This document shows, piece by piece, positions 49,670 to 59,563 of a stretch of 64,000 nucleotides of DNA (position 1 is its first letter; each line of letters begins with the position of its first letter). The translations under genes were made by a program, and so were the position numbers. Location: NCBI GenBank assembly GCA_963621535.1, contig CAVFEQ010000001.1, forward strand, positions 18,040-82,039, written 5' to 3'. The DNA comes from Paludibacteraceae bacterium. GTDB taxonomy: Bacteria > Bacillota_I > Bacilli_A > RFN20 > CAG-826. Under the pieces are notes generated by a model that ran no database searches, was not told the origin of the DNA, and worked only from the letters and a program-made list of their open reading frames with translations.

Positions 49670-50004
49670 GAATTGACCTCCTTTATTGCAACGCGAAGAG
49701 CCTCTTGCATCTCTTCCGCGGTTTTCCCTTCTTTCAATAAGGACACGAACAAATCGACAAGAGGGTTCTTCGGCGAGCTTTTGCTCACGAAATAGCCGCG
49801 CTTCTCAATCGCGACGCAATAGCCGTCCGCGGCGATTTTCTGGAAAGCGCGGGCGACGGTGTTGGGGTTGAGCCGCTCGCTGATGGCGACTTCCCTCACC
49901 GAAGGCAAGCGGTCGCCTTCTTTGTAAGCGCCCGCATCAATTAGATGCTCGTAACGAAGCGCAAGTTCTAAGAAGGTCGGATTTCTGTGGTCGCAGCTCT
50001 TCAT
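49666..50004 (-). CDS. GntR (YtrA-like short) family transcriptional regulator
   Basis: 112 aa from ATG 50004. LPSVREVAISERLNPNTVARAFQKIAADGY is a GntR wHTH. ATGA overlap with the ABC ATPase gene. The longer ORF-track version would overrun the divergent thioesterase start. Confidence 0.85.
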   Translation of the reverse strand: MKSCDHRNPTFLELALRYEHLIDAGAYKEGDRLPSVREVAISERLNPNTVARAFQKIAADGYCVAIEKRGYFVSKSSPKNPLVDLFVSLLKEGKTAEEMQEALRVAIKEVNS

Positions 50005-50010
50005 AAGCGA

Positions 50011-50038
50011 ATTATACTGTACTATTTGTATTAAACAA
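50011..50038 (-). promoter_or_regulatory. Candidate promoter giving a leaderless GntR mRNA
   Basis: Minus strand TTGTTT, 16 nt spacer, TATAAT (50016-50011). The ATG lies 6 nt after the -10 element and there is no Shine-Dalgarno sequence. Confidence 0.45.
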
Positions 50039-50089
50039 TAATATTTCCGGGGTCGTTTAACTTTCAAAATGAAGGAGTAAAATTCAGGC

Positions 50090-50815
50090 ATGTACTTCGA
50101 AAAATTCCTCATCGATTCCAACGAGGTCGACCCCTTCCTCGATTTGTCTATTCCCGGTCTTTTCCGCTTGCTGCAAGCGATTGCAGGAACCGGCGTAGAA
50201 GCAATTGGAGCAGGCAAAAAAGAAACGACCGACAAAGGATATTTATGGGTCTTGACCCGCATGAGCGTCGAAATCAGCAAGATGCCTCGTTACATGGACG
50301 AGATTGAACTCACCACCTACCCAGGAGAGCAAATCGGCTGCTTCTACTTCCGTCATTTCTTTGCGAAAAACAAAACAGGTGAAACTCTTTTCCGAGTCAG
50401 CTCGACTTGGGCGCTATTGCAAGCCTCAACGCGCAAGGCCGTGATGCGTTCCCCCTTCTCTAATCCTTTAATCTCTGAAAAGACGCCCGATGAGTTACCT
50501 CGCCCAGACAAGCTAAAGGCGCCACAAACCATGGTTGAGGTTGAAAAAAGAACGGTCACCTACTCGATGTGCGACCTGAATGGGCATCTCAACAACACGC
50601 GTTATCTCGAAATGATCGTCGATGCGAAGAACCGCCAGTTTTACGAAAAACGCACACCTGCCTCCATTGTTTTGAATTTTGAGAAGGAAATTCAAGAAGG
50701 CGAAACGGTATCCATCTCCATCTCCTCCCAAGAAGAAAACCCCTACATGATCGTAGGGAAAGTCGATGGGGAGGAACGTTTCTTAGCGCGCCTAGAATTC
50801 AGGGAGAAGAAGTGA
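50090..50815 (+). CDS. Acyl-ACP thioesterase
   Basis: 241 aa double hot-dog layout. YLWVLTRMSVEI and DLNGHLNNTRYLE blocks. GAAGGAG Shine-Dalgarno sequence upstream. Confidence 0.8.
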   Translation: MYFEKFLIDSNEVDPFLDLSIPGLFRLLQAIAGTGVEAIGAGKKETTDKGYLWVLTRMSVEISKMPRYMDEIELTTYPGEQIGCFYFRHFFAKNKTGETLFRVSSTWALLQASTRKAVMRSPFSNPLISEKTPDELPRPDKLKAPQTMVEVEKRTVTYSMCDLNGHLNNTRYLEMIVDAKNRQFYEKRTPASIVLNFEKEIQEGETVSISISSQEENPYMIVGKVDGEERFLARLEFREKK

Positions 50816-50816
50816 G

Positions 50817-51653
50817 ATGGCAGACAAGCTAACCCGTTATCTAGGGGCAGATCAGGAATACGTCGTAAAAATCGCCATGACGACACATCTAGTCGAGCAC
50901 GCGCGAAAAATCGGAAACTATAGCGAAAGCGCCATAACCTGCCTAGGGAATCTTCTCACGGCAGCATTGCTGATGGAGGATGGCGTGAAAGACGAGAAAG
51001 AGACCTTGAGTTTGGAACTGCAAGGAGATGGCCCCCTAAACAAGGTTGTCGCAATTGCAGACAGCAAAGGAAACGTCAAAGGTTTCGCCGCAAATCCCGC
51101 CTCAAATGGGGGAATAGGAAAGGGTTTTCTAAGCGTCAACAAAGATCAGGGCCTCAAAACCCCCTACCACACCACCGTGCCTTTGCTTGTAGACGATGTG
51201 GAGAACAACCTTGCCTATTACTACATCGGCTCAGAGCAGATCCCGACTTTCCTTTCTCTAGGCGTGAAATTAGACGAAAAGAAAAAAGTCACCTATAGCT
51301 ATGGGTATATGGTTCAAGCGCTGCCCTTTGCCAAAAGAGAAATCACGAAAAAGATAACCGACAACCTAGAGAAAATCCCTGGAAAAGAAGAGATCATGGC
51401 CTGCAAACTGTCCGAAGAAACCTTAAGGCATCATCTTCTTAAAGGCTTAAGCCATACGAAAACGGAAGAGAAAGAAGTCCGCTTTCATTGCGCCTGCTCC
51501 AAGAAAAAAGGCCTAAGCATTTTGAAAAAAGCCGGAAAATCCGAGCTCGAAGAGATGATCAAAGAAAACAAACCCATCGAGGTCGCCTGCGGATCCTGCC
51601 TTAAAAAATACGAATACACCCCCGATGAAATAAAGTCCCTATTCGACGATTAG
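50817..51653 (+). CDS. hslO: Redox-regulated chaperone Hsp33
   Basis: 278 aa. C-terminal zinc switch CACS...CGSC. Confidence 0.88.
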   Translation: MADKLTRYLGADQEYVVKIAMTTHLVEHARKIGNYSESAITCLGNLLTAALLMEDGVKDEKETLSLELQGDGPLNKVVAIADSKGNVKGFAANPASNGGIGKGFLSVNKDQGLKTPYHTTVPLLVDDVENNLAYYYIGSEQIPTFLSLGVKLDEKKKVTYSYGYMVQALPFAKREITKKITDNLEKIPGKEEIMACKLSEETLRHHLLKGLSHTKTEEKEVRFHCACSKKKGLSILKKAGKSELEEMIKENKPIEVACGSCLKKYEYTPDEIKSLFDD

Positions 51654-52636
51654 CTTTTGCTTTTAAGGTAGACGTCAAAGGTTTGGGATAGGAACCGCTC
51701 TACTTCCAAGGCAAACTCAGGGTCGATTTCCGTAAGCCTCTTCTCTCCGACAAGCGGATCGATATAGCGTTTTTTGGCCGCAATCCTTAAAAACCCTTCT
51801 TTGGGGAACGGGCTCTTCTCCAATTGGCTCATCTTGCGATAAGAAAGCCATTCTTCTTCCAAAGGAGAGGAAACCAATTTAGCAATGAGTTCCGGCTCTT
51901 CCGTATATAAGTCGCTTTCCCTTAAAACACCCAATCCAAACGCTTTCTTGATGAACCTTGCCAATGTTTCCATCGAATAGCGGTCCTCATCGCAGCAATA
52001 GATGTATCCTAGTGATAAAGCGATACGCCCAAAGCGCCGCGCCGGCTGAACCGCAACAAAGCCGAGTTCCCCACTAGGCAAAAGCACTACGGAATCGTAT
52101 ATCTTCTGGACCTCATCACGGTCAAGACGAAGAAGATTCAAAGCGTTCGACAAGGTATATTCCAAGCGATCCGCAGAAAGCCTGGGGGAATCATTATCGG
52201 CGATCGGGTATATGTGATAATCGTCTACATCCTTACAATCAAGGTTTAAAAAACCCAGCAAATCCCCAATATCTTTGCTTTTTGCAAGGATTTCGGAAGT
52301 CCCTATCTCCGTTGATTCCTGGGATTCATAATCCCCATGAAGGAAGTCGATGACGTGAGCGAAGCAAGGGCTAGCGATATCATGATATAGCCCCGCCAAG
52401 GCTTGTTTTGGGTCGCAGCTGAAGCGCCAGACGATCTTTCCCACCCCAAGAGAATGGGTATATCTAGAATAAGCATCAATCCCCTGAAAAAGAGGGAAGG
52501 ATGTGTACTCCAATCCGCAGTTCATCCCAACCTCCTTAAGGCGAAGAAATTCCTTCGCCGAAATAGCCTTCCCCCACCAAGAAGGAAGGTCGCTTTCTGG
52601 AAGATAGGAAATTGGCTCAAGTTGTTTTCTTTTCAT
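51650..52636 (-). CDS. HD-domain phosphohydrolase
   Basis: YTHSLGVGKIV ... LYHDIASPCFAH (the H...HD motif). Confidence 0.75.
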   Translation of the reverse strand: MKRKQLEPISYLPESDLPSWWGKAISAKEFLRLKEVGMNCGLEYTSFPLFQGIDAYSRYTHSLGVGKIVWRFSCDPKQALAGLYHDIASPCFAHVIDFLHGDYESQESTEIGTSEILAKSKDIGDLLGFLNLDCKDVDDYHIYPIADNDSPRLSADRLEYTLSNALNLLRLDRDEVQKIYDSVVLLPSGELGFVAVQPARRFGRIALSLGYIYCCDEDRYSMETLARFIKKAFGLGVLRESDLYTEEPELIAKLVSSPLEEEWLSYRKMSQLEKSPFPKEGFLRIAAKKRYIDPLVGEKRLTEIDPEFALEVERFLSQTFDVYLKSKS

Positions 52637-52672
52637 CGGGGTTTATTCTAAACTATGCCTCGGAGGTAGTTT

Positions 52673-53314
52673 ATGGGAAAAGCATTCCGCATCGTTTATC
52701 TTCTGCTCATGCCGGTTTTGTTCTTAGGCTTGCTGGCAATCTGTCTTTCCTTTGAGGGGACCATGGTCATGAATTCGACCGCCGCTATAGGGGAAGGGAC
52801 TAACGTCGGGGTCAGCGCGGATTGCCTCATCAATCTAAACGGCATCATATTCGCCGTGGAGAATTTTCAAGCGAGCCTCAGCAAGACATTCCACTACACT
52901 GTCACCATAACCCCCACCATTTCTTTGGTCCTAGAAGACATCACTTCAGGCGACCCCTTGGCGCTTGGCGACAACGTCAAAATCACTTTGCAGCTGCTTT
53001 CCACCATCGGCATCATCGTCTTCGGCATTGGCTTCTTCCTTTCCGAGGTTGGCTATGGCTCGAAAATCGCCACCATTTTGGGCGCGCTCATCCTCATCGC
53101 TGGATCCATTTGCATCTTCGTCGATGGCAATTTGAATGAGGGGTTGCGCTACATCCTGAACGTGGAAACCGTCCAGAACGGGGAAACCACCGTTTCGCAG
53201 GCTTTGAATTTCCGCCTAGACTGGCTGACTGTGAAGCTCGTCGCAGGAATAGCGGACGGCTTGACCGTCGTTAACGTTCTCTTCGTCTTGTTCCGCCGGA
53301 AAAAGATCCTTTAA
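52673..53314 (+). CDS. Membrane protein, 213 aa, unknown function
   Basis: ORF with 4-5 hydrophobic segments and a terminator immediately downstream. Confidence 0.55.
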   Translation: MGKAFRIVYLLLMPVLFLGLLAICLSFEGTMVMNSTAAIGEGTNVGVSADCLINLNGIIFAVENFQASLSKTFHYTVTITPTISLVLEDITSGDPLALGDNVKITLQLLSTIGIIVFGIGFFLSEVGYGSKIATILGALILIAGSICIFVDGNLNEGLRYILNVETVQNGETTVSQALNFRLDWLTVKLVAGIADGLTVVNVLFVLFRRKKIL

Positions 53315-53321
53315 GGAAAAG

Positions 53322-53350
53322 AAAAAAGAAGGCCCCGAGCCTTCTTTTTT
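53322..53350. terminator. Bidirectional hairpin terminator
   Basis: AAAAAA-AGAAGGC-cccga-GCCTTCT-TTTTT between convergent genes. Confidence 0.8.
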
Positions 53351-54149
53351 ATATCAGATGAAGGATGTCTTCCAAGGCGTAGGCAACGCCGCATTCCGCG
53401 CAACTTTTACTCACGTATTTGGCGACCTTCTTCACTTCTTCCATCGCGTTTCCCATCGCGACGCCTTGGAATTCTTGGATCATCCCGATGTCATTCCCCG
53501 AATCGCCAAAGGCGTAGACATCTTCTTTTTTAATGCCGAGCTTTTTGCAGATCGCGTAAGCGCCTAAGGCTTTGCTGATGCCTTTTGGCATGACTTCTAG
53601 GAAATGAGGGCTGCTCCTCACGATTGTGTATTTCTCATAATCCTCGGGGTCGAAAACGATGCTGCGCGAGACTTCCGGCGAGGAGGTGATCATGATTTTG
53701 GTCACGCCGAACTCATCAATCGCCTCTAAGCCCTGGTTCAAATCTCTGTGGCAAGAAAAGCAGTTGATCTCGTATTCGAAATTCGCCCAAGGCTCAGGGA
53801 AATATGAGCCCATCGAATCATCGCCAATGTAGCAATAGACGCCTACGCCCTCATACTTCGCCAGCTCTTTTCTAAAATGCAGGAAATCTTCTTTTGAAAG
53901 AGTCGCCTTCCAGAGCAAATTTCCATCGTAGTCATAAGCCACCGACCCGCCGGCGGCAATCACGAAGCGCTTATCCGATTTGAAGCAGTCCAGAAATTTT
54001 TTGCAGGAGCCAAAGGGGCGCCCAGAGGCGATAGCAATCGCGTTTCCTAAGTCCGCGAAGCGCTGAACGGCGTCGATATTCTGCTTGGGGATGGGGTCCT
54101 TATAGCTAGGAAGCAAGGTGCCATCCACATCAAAGCAAGCGAGTTTCAT
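53349..54149 (-). CDS. Cof-type HAD-IIB phosphatase
   Basis: MKLACFDVDGTLL motif I and FGDSGNDIGM motif IV. ATG 54149 is preferred over the 12-codon extension. Confidence 0.85.
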   Translation of the reverse strand: MKLACFDVDGTLLPSYKDPIPKQNIDAVQRFADLGNAIAIASGRPFGSCKKFLDCFKSDKRFVIAAGGSVAYDYDGNLLWKATLSKEDFLHFRKELAKYEGVGVYCYIGDDSMGSYFPEPWANFEYEINCFSCHRDLNQGLEAIDEFGVTKIMITSSPEVSRSIVFDPEDYEKYTIVRSSPHFLEVMPKGISKALGAYAICKKLGIKKEDVYAFGDSGNDIGMIQEFQGVAMGNAMEEVKKVAKYVSKSCAECGVAYALEDILHLI

Positions 54150-54244
54150 AAGGCCATTGTAAGCGGATTTGTCCTCGAGCCACAATGAATGCGCTTCCCA
54201 AAAAAGAGGAAAAGGGATTAGGATTTCCAGGCAGGAAAAGACTT

Positions 54245-54583
54245 ATGCACGAATTGGGATTATGCAACGAGATGGTCCACACGCTTGAGGACCTGATGAA
54301 GAAAGAGGGCCTCAAGGCCATCAAAGAGATAACCGTCGAAATCGGGGAGATCACGGGAGTGCTCCCCCGCTATATGAAAGAATGCTGGGGGCCGGCGAGC
54401 GAAGGCACTTTGTTAGAAGGGGCCGAGCTCAAAATCGAGTTCATCCAAGCGCAAGCGCACTGCAAAAGCTGCGGCAAGGATTATTTGGCCGCGAAAAACC
54501 CAAAATGCCCATTTTGTGGGTCGGAAGAGAAAGAACTTGAAAGCGGCTTCGAATTCGAAATCACCGAAATCAAAGGCGAGTAG
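54245..54583 (+). CDS. hypA: Nickel metallochaperone HypA
   Basis: MHELGLC N-terminal Ni site and CKSCG...CPFCG zinc site. 112 aa from ATG 54245. Confidence 0.88.
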   Translation: MHELGLCNEMVHTLEDLMKKEGLKAIKEITVEIGEITGVLPRYMKECWGPASEGTLLEGAELKIEFIQAQAHCKSCGKDYLAAKNPKCPFCGSEEKELESGFEFEITEIKGE

Positions 54584-54591
54584 AAAAGAGT

Positions 54592-56346
54592 TTATCGATG
54601 CACGGGTAAGGTCTTTTTGATCAAGACGTCTTTTAAATGACCTTCAACTAACGGCGAAAGCTTTTCTCTTACAAGCGCATGATATTGGTTCAGATATTCA
54701 ATCTCCTCATCGCTCATCATGGATAAATCCAGTGCCGAGGTGTCGATTGGGACATAGGTGATATTCTCAAAGCGGAAAAAGTTCCCGTCCGGAGTGGAAA
54801 AAGCCTTGACCGCCAGAATGTTGTTCTCGATGCGAATCCCGTATTTCCCGGCTTTATAAACCCCGGGTTCGATTGAGGTGATCATGCCTGGGGCAATCTC
54901 GCAGCCATCATCCTTGCCTTTGGAAACCCGGTAACGAAAGCCATTAGGCGACTCATGAACCACATTGACATAGCCGATGCCATGCCCCGTCCCGCATTTA
55001 TAGTCGAGCCCCTCCTTCCACATGATTTGCCTTGCCATCATGTCGATCGGTCTGCCGCTAGAGCCTTCTAGGAAGAGGCAAGAGGAAAGGGCGATAACCG
55101 ATTTCAACGTAAGGGTGTAGTCGTGGATGAATTCGGACGTAAGCTTCCCGATGGGGAAAGTCCTCGTCGTATCGGTCGTGCCGCAGTAATACTGGCCGCC
55201 TGAATCCACAAGCAATTCAGGGCCATTCTTCACGACATCATGGACCTTCTCGCTTGGGGCGTAATGCATCATCGCCGCATTGGGGCCGGTGGCTGCGATT
55301 GTCTGGAAGGAATCTTCGATGTAATGTCTCCCCTCTTTGCGGAACTCGCCTAGTTTTTTCGCGAAATCCCATTCGCTGAGTCCCTCGTCCTTATGGGAAT
55401 CAAGGAAATCAATGAATTTGAGAAGGGCAACCCCGTCCTCTGCCTGAGCGCGCTTGATGTTTTCGATTTCCTTAGGTCCTTTGATGGCCTTCATTAGGTG
55501 CGAAGGCGAGGGGGCGTGAATCTGATTTTTGAGAAGAGCGCAGACCTTCGCGTTCGCCTGGGAAGGATCAATAAGCGTCGGGACGTTTTCTCTTTCTTTC
55601 AAAAAGGCAAAGAGAGATTCGTAAGGGTGGATTTGCACCCCCGGCAAAGGAAAGTCTAAACGGCCTTCTTCTAGAAATAGGTGAACTCCTTCTTTCAAGG
55701 ATAGATAGAGATAGGAATAGAAAACTGGGGTGTAAGGGATATCGTTCCCTCTGACGTTCAGCAAATAGGCGATGTCGTCTAGCGTTGTGAGAAGATGGGC
55801 TTCCGCGCCTTCTTTTTTGATGCATTCGCAGACTTTATCTAGTTTCTCCTCACGTGACAAATCATTGAACTCAGGGTCATCAAACCGCCAGAGTTTGCTT
55901 TTGGGGAGAGGGGGCCGTTCCTCGAGAAGCGAAGAATAATCAACGTCCCTGACCTCCCCTCCTTTTTTCAGCGTTTTCTCCTCTTCGGGGGAAATCAAAA
56001 GGAAATTCGTCCCCAAAGGATATAAACCCTGTTCGAGGATATATTCTTCCGGGCTTGGATAGCCAGGGGTGTAGAGCTTCATGAGCTTGAAATAAGAGCC
56101 TTTAAGCTCTTTTTCCGCGGAGACGAAAAAGCGTCCATCCGTGAAAAGAAGGGCCTCATTTTCCGTGACGATCACAAAGGCGTTATCTCCCTCAAAAGGG
56201 CAAAAATAGTGGCGTTCTGCGGCGAAATAGGCTGCGGGCTCCTCGGAATTATGAGGATCGCCGGTGACAATTAAATGAGCCTTAAGGCCATCTTTTTTCA
56301 TTTGCTTTCGAAGCAAATCGACATGCGAATCAGAATAGGAAACCAT
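54592..56346 (-). CDS. Three-domain Xaa-Pro aminopeptidase (aminopeptidase P, M24B)
   Basis: 584 aa. VDSGGQYYCGTTDTTRT, GTGHGIGYVNVVHE, EPGVY and IRIEN blocks, with a duplicated creatinase-like N-terminus. Confidence 0.9.
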   Translation of the reverse strand: MVSYSDSHVDLLRKQMKKDGLKAHLIVTGDPHNSEEPAAYFAAERHYFCPFEGDNAFVIVTENEALLFTDGRFFVSAEKELKGSYFKLMKLYTPGYPSPEEYILEQGLYPLGTNFLLISPEEEKTLKKGGEVRDVDYSSLLEERPPLPKSKLWRFDDPEFNDLSREEKLDKVCECIKKEGAEAHLLTTLDDIAYLLNVRGNDIPYTPVFYSYLYLSLKEGVHLFLEEGRLDFPLPGVQIHPYESLFAFLKERENVPTLIDPSQANAKVCALLKNQIHAPSPSHLMKAIKGPKEIENIKRAQAEDGVALLKFIDFLDSHKDEGLSEWDFAKKLGEFRKEGRHYIEDSFQTIAATGPNAAMMHYAPSEKVHDVVKNGPELLVDSGGQYYCGTTDTTRTFPIGKLTSEFIHDYTLTLKSVIALSSCLFLEGSSGRPIDMMARQIMWKEGLDYKCGTGHGIGYVNVVHESPNGFRYRVSKGKDDGCEIAPGMITSIEPGVYKAGKYGIRIENNILAVKAFSTPDGNFFRFENITYVPIDTSALDLSMMSDEEIEYLNQYHALVREKLSPLVEGHLKDVLIKKTLPVHR

Positions 56347-56670
56347 AGCATTCCCTCCTTGGGTCGGTTCAATTATAAGCGCAGCAAAGAAATGAAGTTA
56401 TGCTTAAGTTAATCTTAAATAACTCTTATGAGCCATTGCCCCTAGGTCTTACTAAACCCCTTGCTGTTTCACGCCTTTCTACCCTAGACGTCTTTTTATC
56501 TGAATGAACTAACAACAATTCTTTTCAAGAAAGATCGCCGAAAAAAGCGGAGAAGAGCGTGCGGTGAGAAGAGGCAACATTTCTACCCCACTACTTTTGG
56601 GCGCAAAGTCACCTCGACAAATCGGAAAAAAGGTATATCTTAAGTTTGCTTAACTTTAAAAGGAGACACC

Positions 56671-58005
56671 ATGCAAAAAGAACTGACAATAAAAGACATC
56701 GAAAGGATTGCGGATTCGCAAAACGGCAAGATCGATCCGGTGAAAGAAATGAGCGTGAGAAGCAACGGCATCAGCGCGAGCTGCACCGACAGTAACGTGA
56801 TGGCGACCCTGCAAAACACCTTTTCTATCGAGGTGGATGCCGGAGACATCACCAACCAAAACCAATCCGGCCGCTGCTGGATGTTCGCCGGACTAAACGT
56901 TCTAAGGAAAACGCTGTTCGATAAGCTTGGCGTGAAAAGCATCGAGCTTTCGCAGGCTTATCTGCAATTTTATGACAAGCTAGAGAAAGCCAATTTCACC
57001 CTCGAGAAAGCGATTGATCTTGTCGAGGAACCAATCGATAGCCGCCTTAACGCCTATCTTTTGGATAACGGCATCGGCGATGGCGGACATTGGGCCATGT
57101 TCACTTCGCTAGTGAAGAAATATGGAGTAATCCCAAGCTCTTTCATGAAAGACACCGCGGTAAGCAAAGCGACAAGTGAGCTCAACGTCGTTCTGCAAAA
57201 CGTTCTCGCTAACGACATCAAAGTCTTTCATGACATGGCGAAAAAAGGCAAAAGCAAAGAGGACATGCGCAAGAAAAAAGAAGGGATGCTTGAGGAAATT
57301 TACCGCGTTTTAGCCATCTCCTTAGGCACGCCGCCGAAGAAATTCACCCTCGAATATAAAGACAAGGACGGCAAATTCGTCCGCCTTCCTGAACTATCCG
57401 GAGTCGAGTTCTATAACCAATACATCGGCATCGATTTGGATGAGTGGATCTCCTTAAGCGATGCCGGAACGCTTAACTGGGAGAAAGGAGTCAGATACGT
57501 TTCCCCATATGTTGGCAACGTCATTGGGGGCGATCAGGTCACCTTCTTCGATGTGCCATTAAACGAAATGAGGAAGGCCGTCGTTTCTTCCTTAAAAGGT
57601 GGGGATATCGTTTGGTTCGCCGCCGAAGTCAGCGCCAAATCGCTAAGAAAAGCCGGTTTGATGAGCCCGGCCTTGCTCCGCCAGGATCTGCTTTTCGATA
57701 TCAAAGACAAACTAAGCAAAGGTGAGCAGCTGGATTATCACTCCACCTACTGCAGCCACGCGATGGCTTTCACAGGGGTTAATCTTGTCAACGGCAAACC
57801 CAACCGCTACAAAATCGAGAATTCCTGGGGGAAAGAAAACGGCGATGGAGGCTTCTATGTTTGTGACAGCGCCTGGTTTGACTCCTACGTTTATCAAGTC
57901 CTCGTGAGGAAAAAATACCTGCCCGCGGATTTGCTAAAGCAATACGAGGAGTCGCCCATTAAAGAATGCGAGCCGTTCAACGGGCTTTGGACAAATTTGG
58001 ATTAA
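56671..58005 (+). CDS. pepC: Aminopeptidase C (C1-family, bleomycin hydrolase-like)
   Basis: 444 aa. Catalytic QNQSGRCWMFAG and the HAMAFTG ... NSWG blocks. Confidence 0.93.
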   Translation: MQKELTIKDIERIADSQNGKIDPVKEMSVRSNGISASCTDSNVMATLQNTFSIEVDAGDITNQNQSGRCWMFAGLNVLRKTLFDKLGVKSIELSQAYLQFYDKLEKANFTLEKAIDLVEEPIDSRLNAYLLDNGIGDGGHWAMFTSLVKKYGVIPSSFMKDTAVSKATSELNVVLQNVLANDIKVFHDMAKKGKSKEDMRKKKEGMLEEIYRVLAISLGTPPKKFTLEYKDKDGKFVRLPELSGVEFYNQYIGIDLDEWISLSDAGTLNWEKGVRYVSPYVGNVIGGDQVTFFDVPLNEMRKAVVSSLKGGDIVWFAAEVSAKSLRKAGLMSPALLRQDLLFDIKDKLSKGEQLDYHSTYCSHAMAFTGVNLVNGKPNRYKIENSWGKENGDGGFYVCDSAWFDSYVYQVLVRKKYLPADLLKQYEESPIKECEPFNGLWTNLD

Positions 58006-58078
58006 GGAAGCGTTTTCAAGAAAGCACCCCAAAAAAGGTGTTTTCTTTTTGTTTGGCCTGCCTAGAATAACGGCGCTT

Positions 58079-59563
58079 ATGGAACTGCTTAAGCGCTTTA
58101 GAAAACTATTCGACCCCATCGATCTCACCAAAGGAAACATTTGGAAGGGCATCCTTCTTTTCTTTTTCCCGATTGTCCTCTCGCTCATCCTTCAACAGAT
58201 TTACACGCTCACGGACACGATTATCGTCGGGCAAAACCTAGGCGCGGCGGAAGTGGCCGGCGTCAATAGCAGCGCCCCCGCCGTGTGGATCATCATGCAA
58301 TTCGCGATTGGGGCGGCCAGCGGGTTCTCCGTCATCACCGCCGAGCGCTTCGGGGCCGGGGATGAAGAAGGGGCGAGAAAAAGCTATTTGGCCCAAATCA
58401 TTCTGATGGTCATCATCTCGGCTGTTCTAGCAGGCTTAGGCTGTCTATTGGTGGACCCGCTCCTTTCCCTTATCGGCATCAAAGGAGGGACGGGCGACAT
58501 CTCCATGCAAGCGGAATATGAGGCGGCGAAAACCTATATCCTCATCCTCTACATCGGAACCTTCGCCACCGCTTTCTTCAATATGATTTTCGGGGTTTTG
58601 CGGAGTTATGGGGATTCTTTCACCCCGTTTTTGTTCTTGGTTTTCTCCGCCGCGGCCAATGTCGGACTTGATCTTCTCTTCATCGTTGTCTTCCATTGGG
58701 GCGTCGCCGGAAGCGCTTGGGCAACGGTCATCTCGCAGGCCTTATCCGCCTTCGGGGCGATGGCCTACGCCGCGCTTCGCTACCCGAAGATGCGCATCAA
58801 GAAAAGCGATTGGCATTTGTCCATGATTTTCATCCTGCGTCATTTGAAAGACGGTCTTCCCTTGGCCTTCCAATTCTCGATCCTAGAAATCGGCATCATC
58901 GTCATGCAAGCCGCGGTCATTTCCTTTGACACGGACGCGACCGGGGCCATGATCGTCTCGACCCCAGCTCAATTAGGCTATGGCGCGGCAAGTAAGGTTT
59001 TCAATCTCATGATGGCCCCGATGAGCGGGCTTGGCACCGCGATGCTTTCTTTCATGGGGCAAAACCTCGGAGCCAACAATAAGGAAAGGCTAAGAAAAGG
59101 ATTCAAAGTCTCGATTGCTCTGGCTCTAATCATATGGGTTGTCGTCTGCGCGATCGGCCTATTGCTGATGATTGGGGGAACCTACCAAAGGATCTTCCTT
59201 TCCGCGGACAAGATAAACGAAGAAAGCCTGCGCTACGGGAACACCTATTTGTTCACCGTCATGCCCTTTATGGGAATCCTTGCCCTGCTTTTCATTGGTC
59301 GCAACGAATTGCAAGGACTAGAGAAACCTTTATTTCCTTTCCTCGCTGGAGTGGGCGAGCTTGTTGCCCGGGTCTTGATTTGTCTTTTCTTGCCTGCTTT
59401 AGTTAATGGAGGGGCGATTACAAGCGAAGCGAGCGAGGCGGCGTTCATCTCCGTTTGCCTTGCCGACACCTTAGCCTGGATTGCCGCCTGCGCGTTTCTG
59501 CTGCCAGCCCTATTCAAAACCGCCGCGCAATGGAAAACCGATTTGGAGGATAGCCAAAAATGA
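58079..59563 (+). CDS. MATE-family efflux transporter
   Basis: 12 TM segments. N-terminus GNIWKGILLFFFPIVLSLILQQIYTLTDTIIVGQ is typical of MATE pumps. ATG 58079 is preferred. Confidence 0.85.
   Translation: MELLKRFRKLFDPIDLTKGNIWKGILLFFFPIVLSLILQQIYTLTDTIIVGQNLGAAEVAGVNSSAPAVWIIMQFAIGAASGFSVITAERFGAGDEEGARKSYLAQIILMVIISAVLAGLGCLLVDPLLSLIGIKGGTGDISMQAEYEAAKTYILILYIGTFATAFFNMIFGVLRSYGDSFTPFLFLVFSAAANVGLDLLFIVVFHWGVAGSAWATVISQALSAFGAMAYAALRYPKMRIKKSDWHLSMIFILRHLKDGLPLAFQFSILEIGIIVMQAAVISFDTDATGAMIVSTPAQLGYGAASKVFNLMMAPMSGLGTAMLSFMGQNLGANNKERLRKGFKVSIALALIIWVVVCAIGLLLMIGGTYQRIFLSADKINEESLRYGNTYLFTVMPFMGILALLFIGRNELQGLEKPLFPFLAGVGELVARVLICLFLPALVNGGAITSEASEAAFISVCLADTLAWIAACAFLLPALFKTAAQWKTDLEDSQK

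Noticed and set aside
49666-50280. 204-aa version of the GntR ORF
   Set aside because: The N-terminal 92 codons would overlap the divergent thioesterase gene and its ribosome-binding site. The GntR wHTH begins right after Met93, which is preceded by a TATAAT box.
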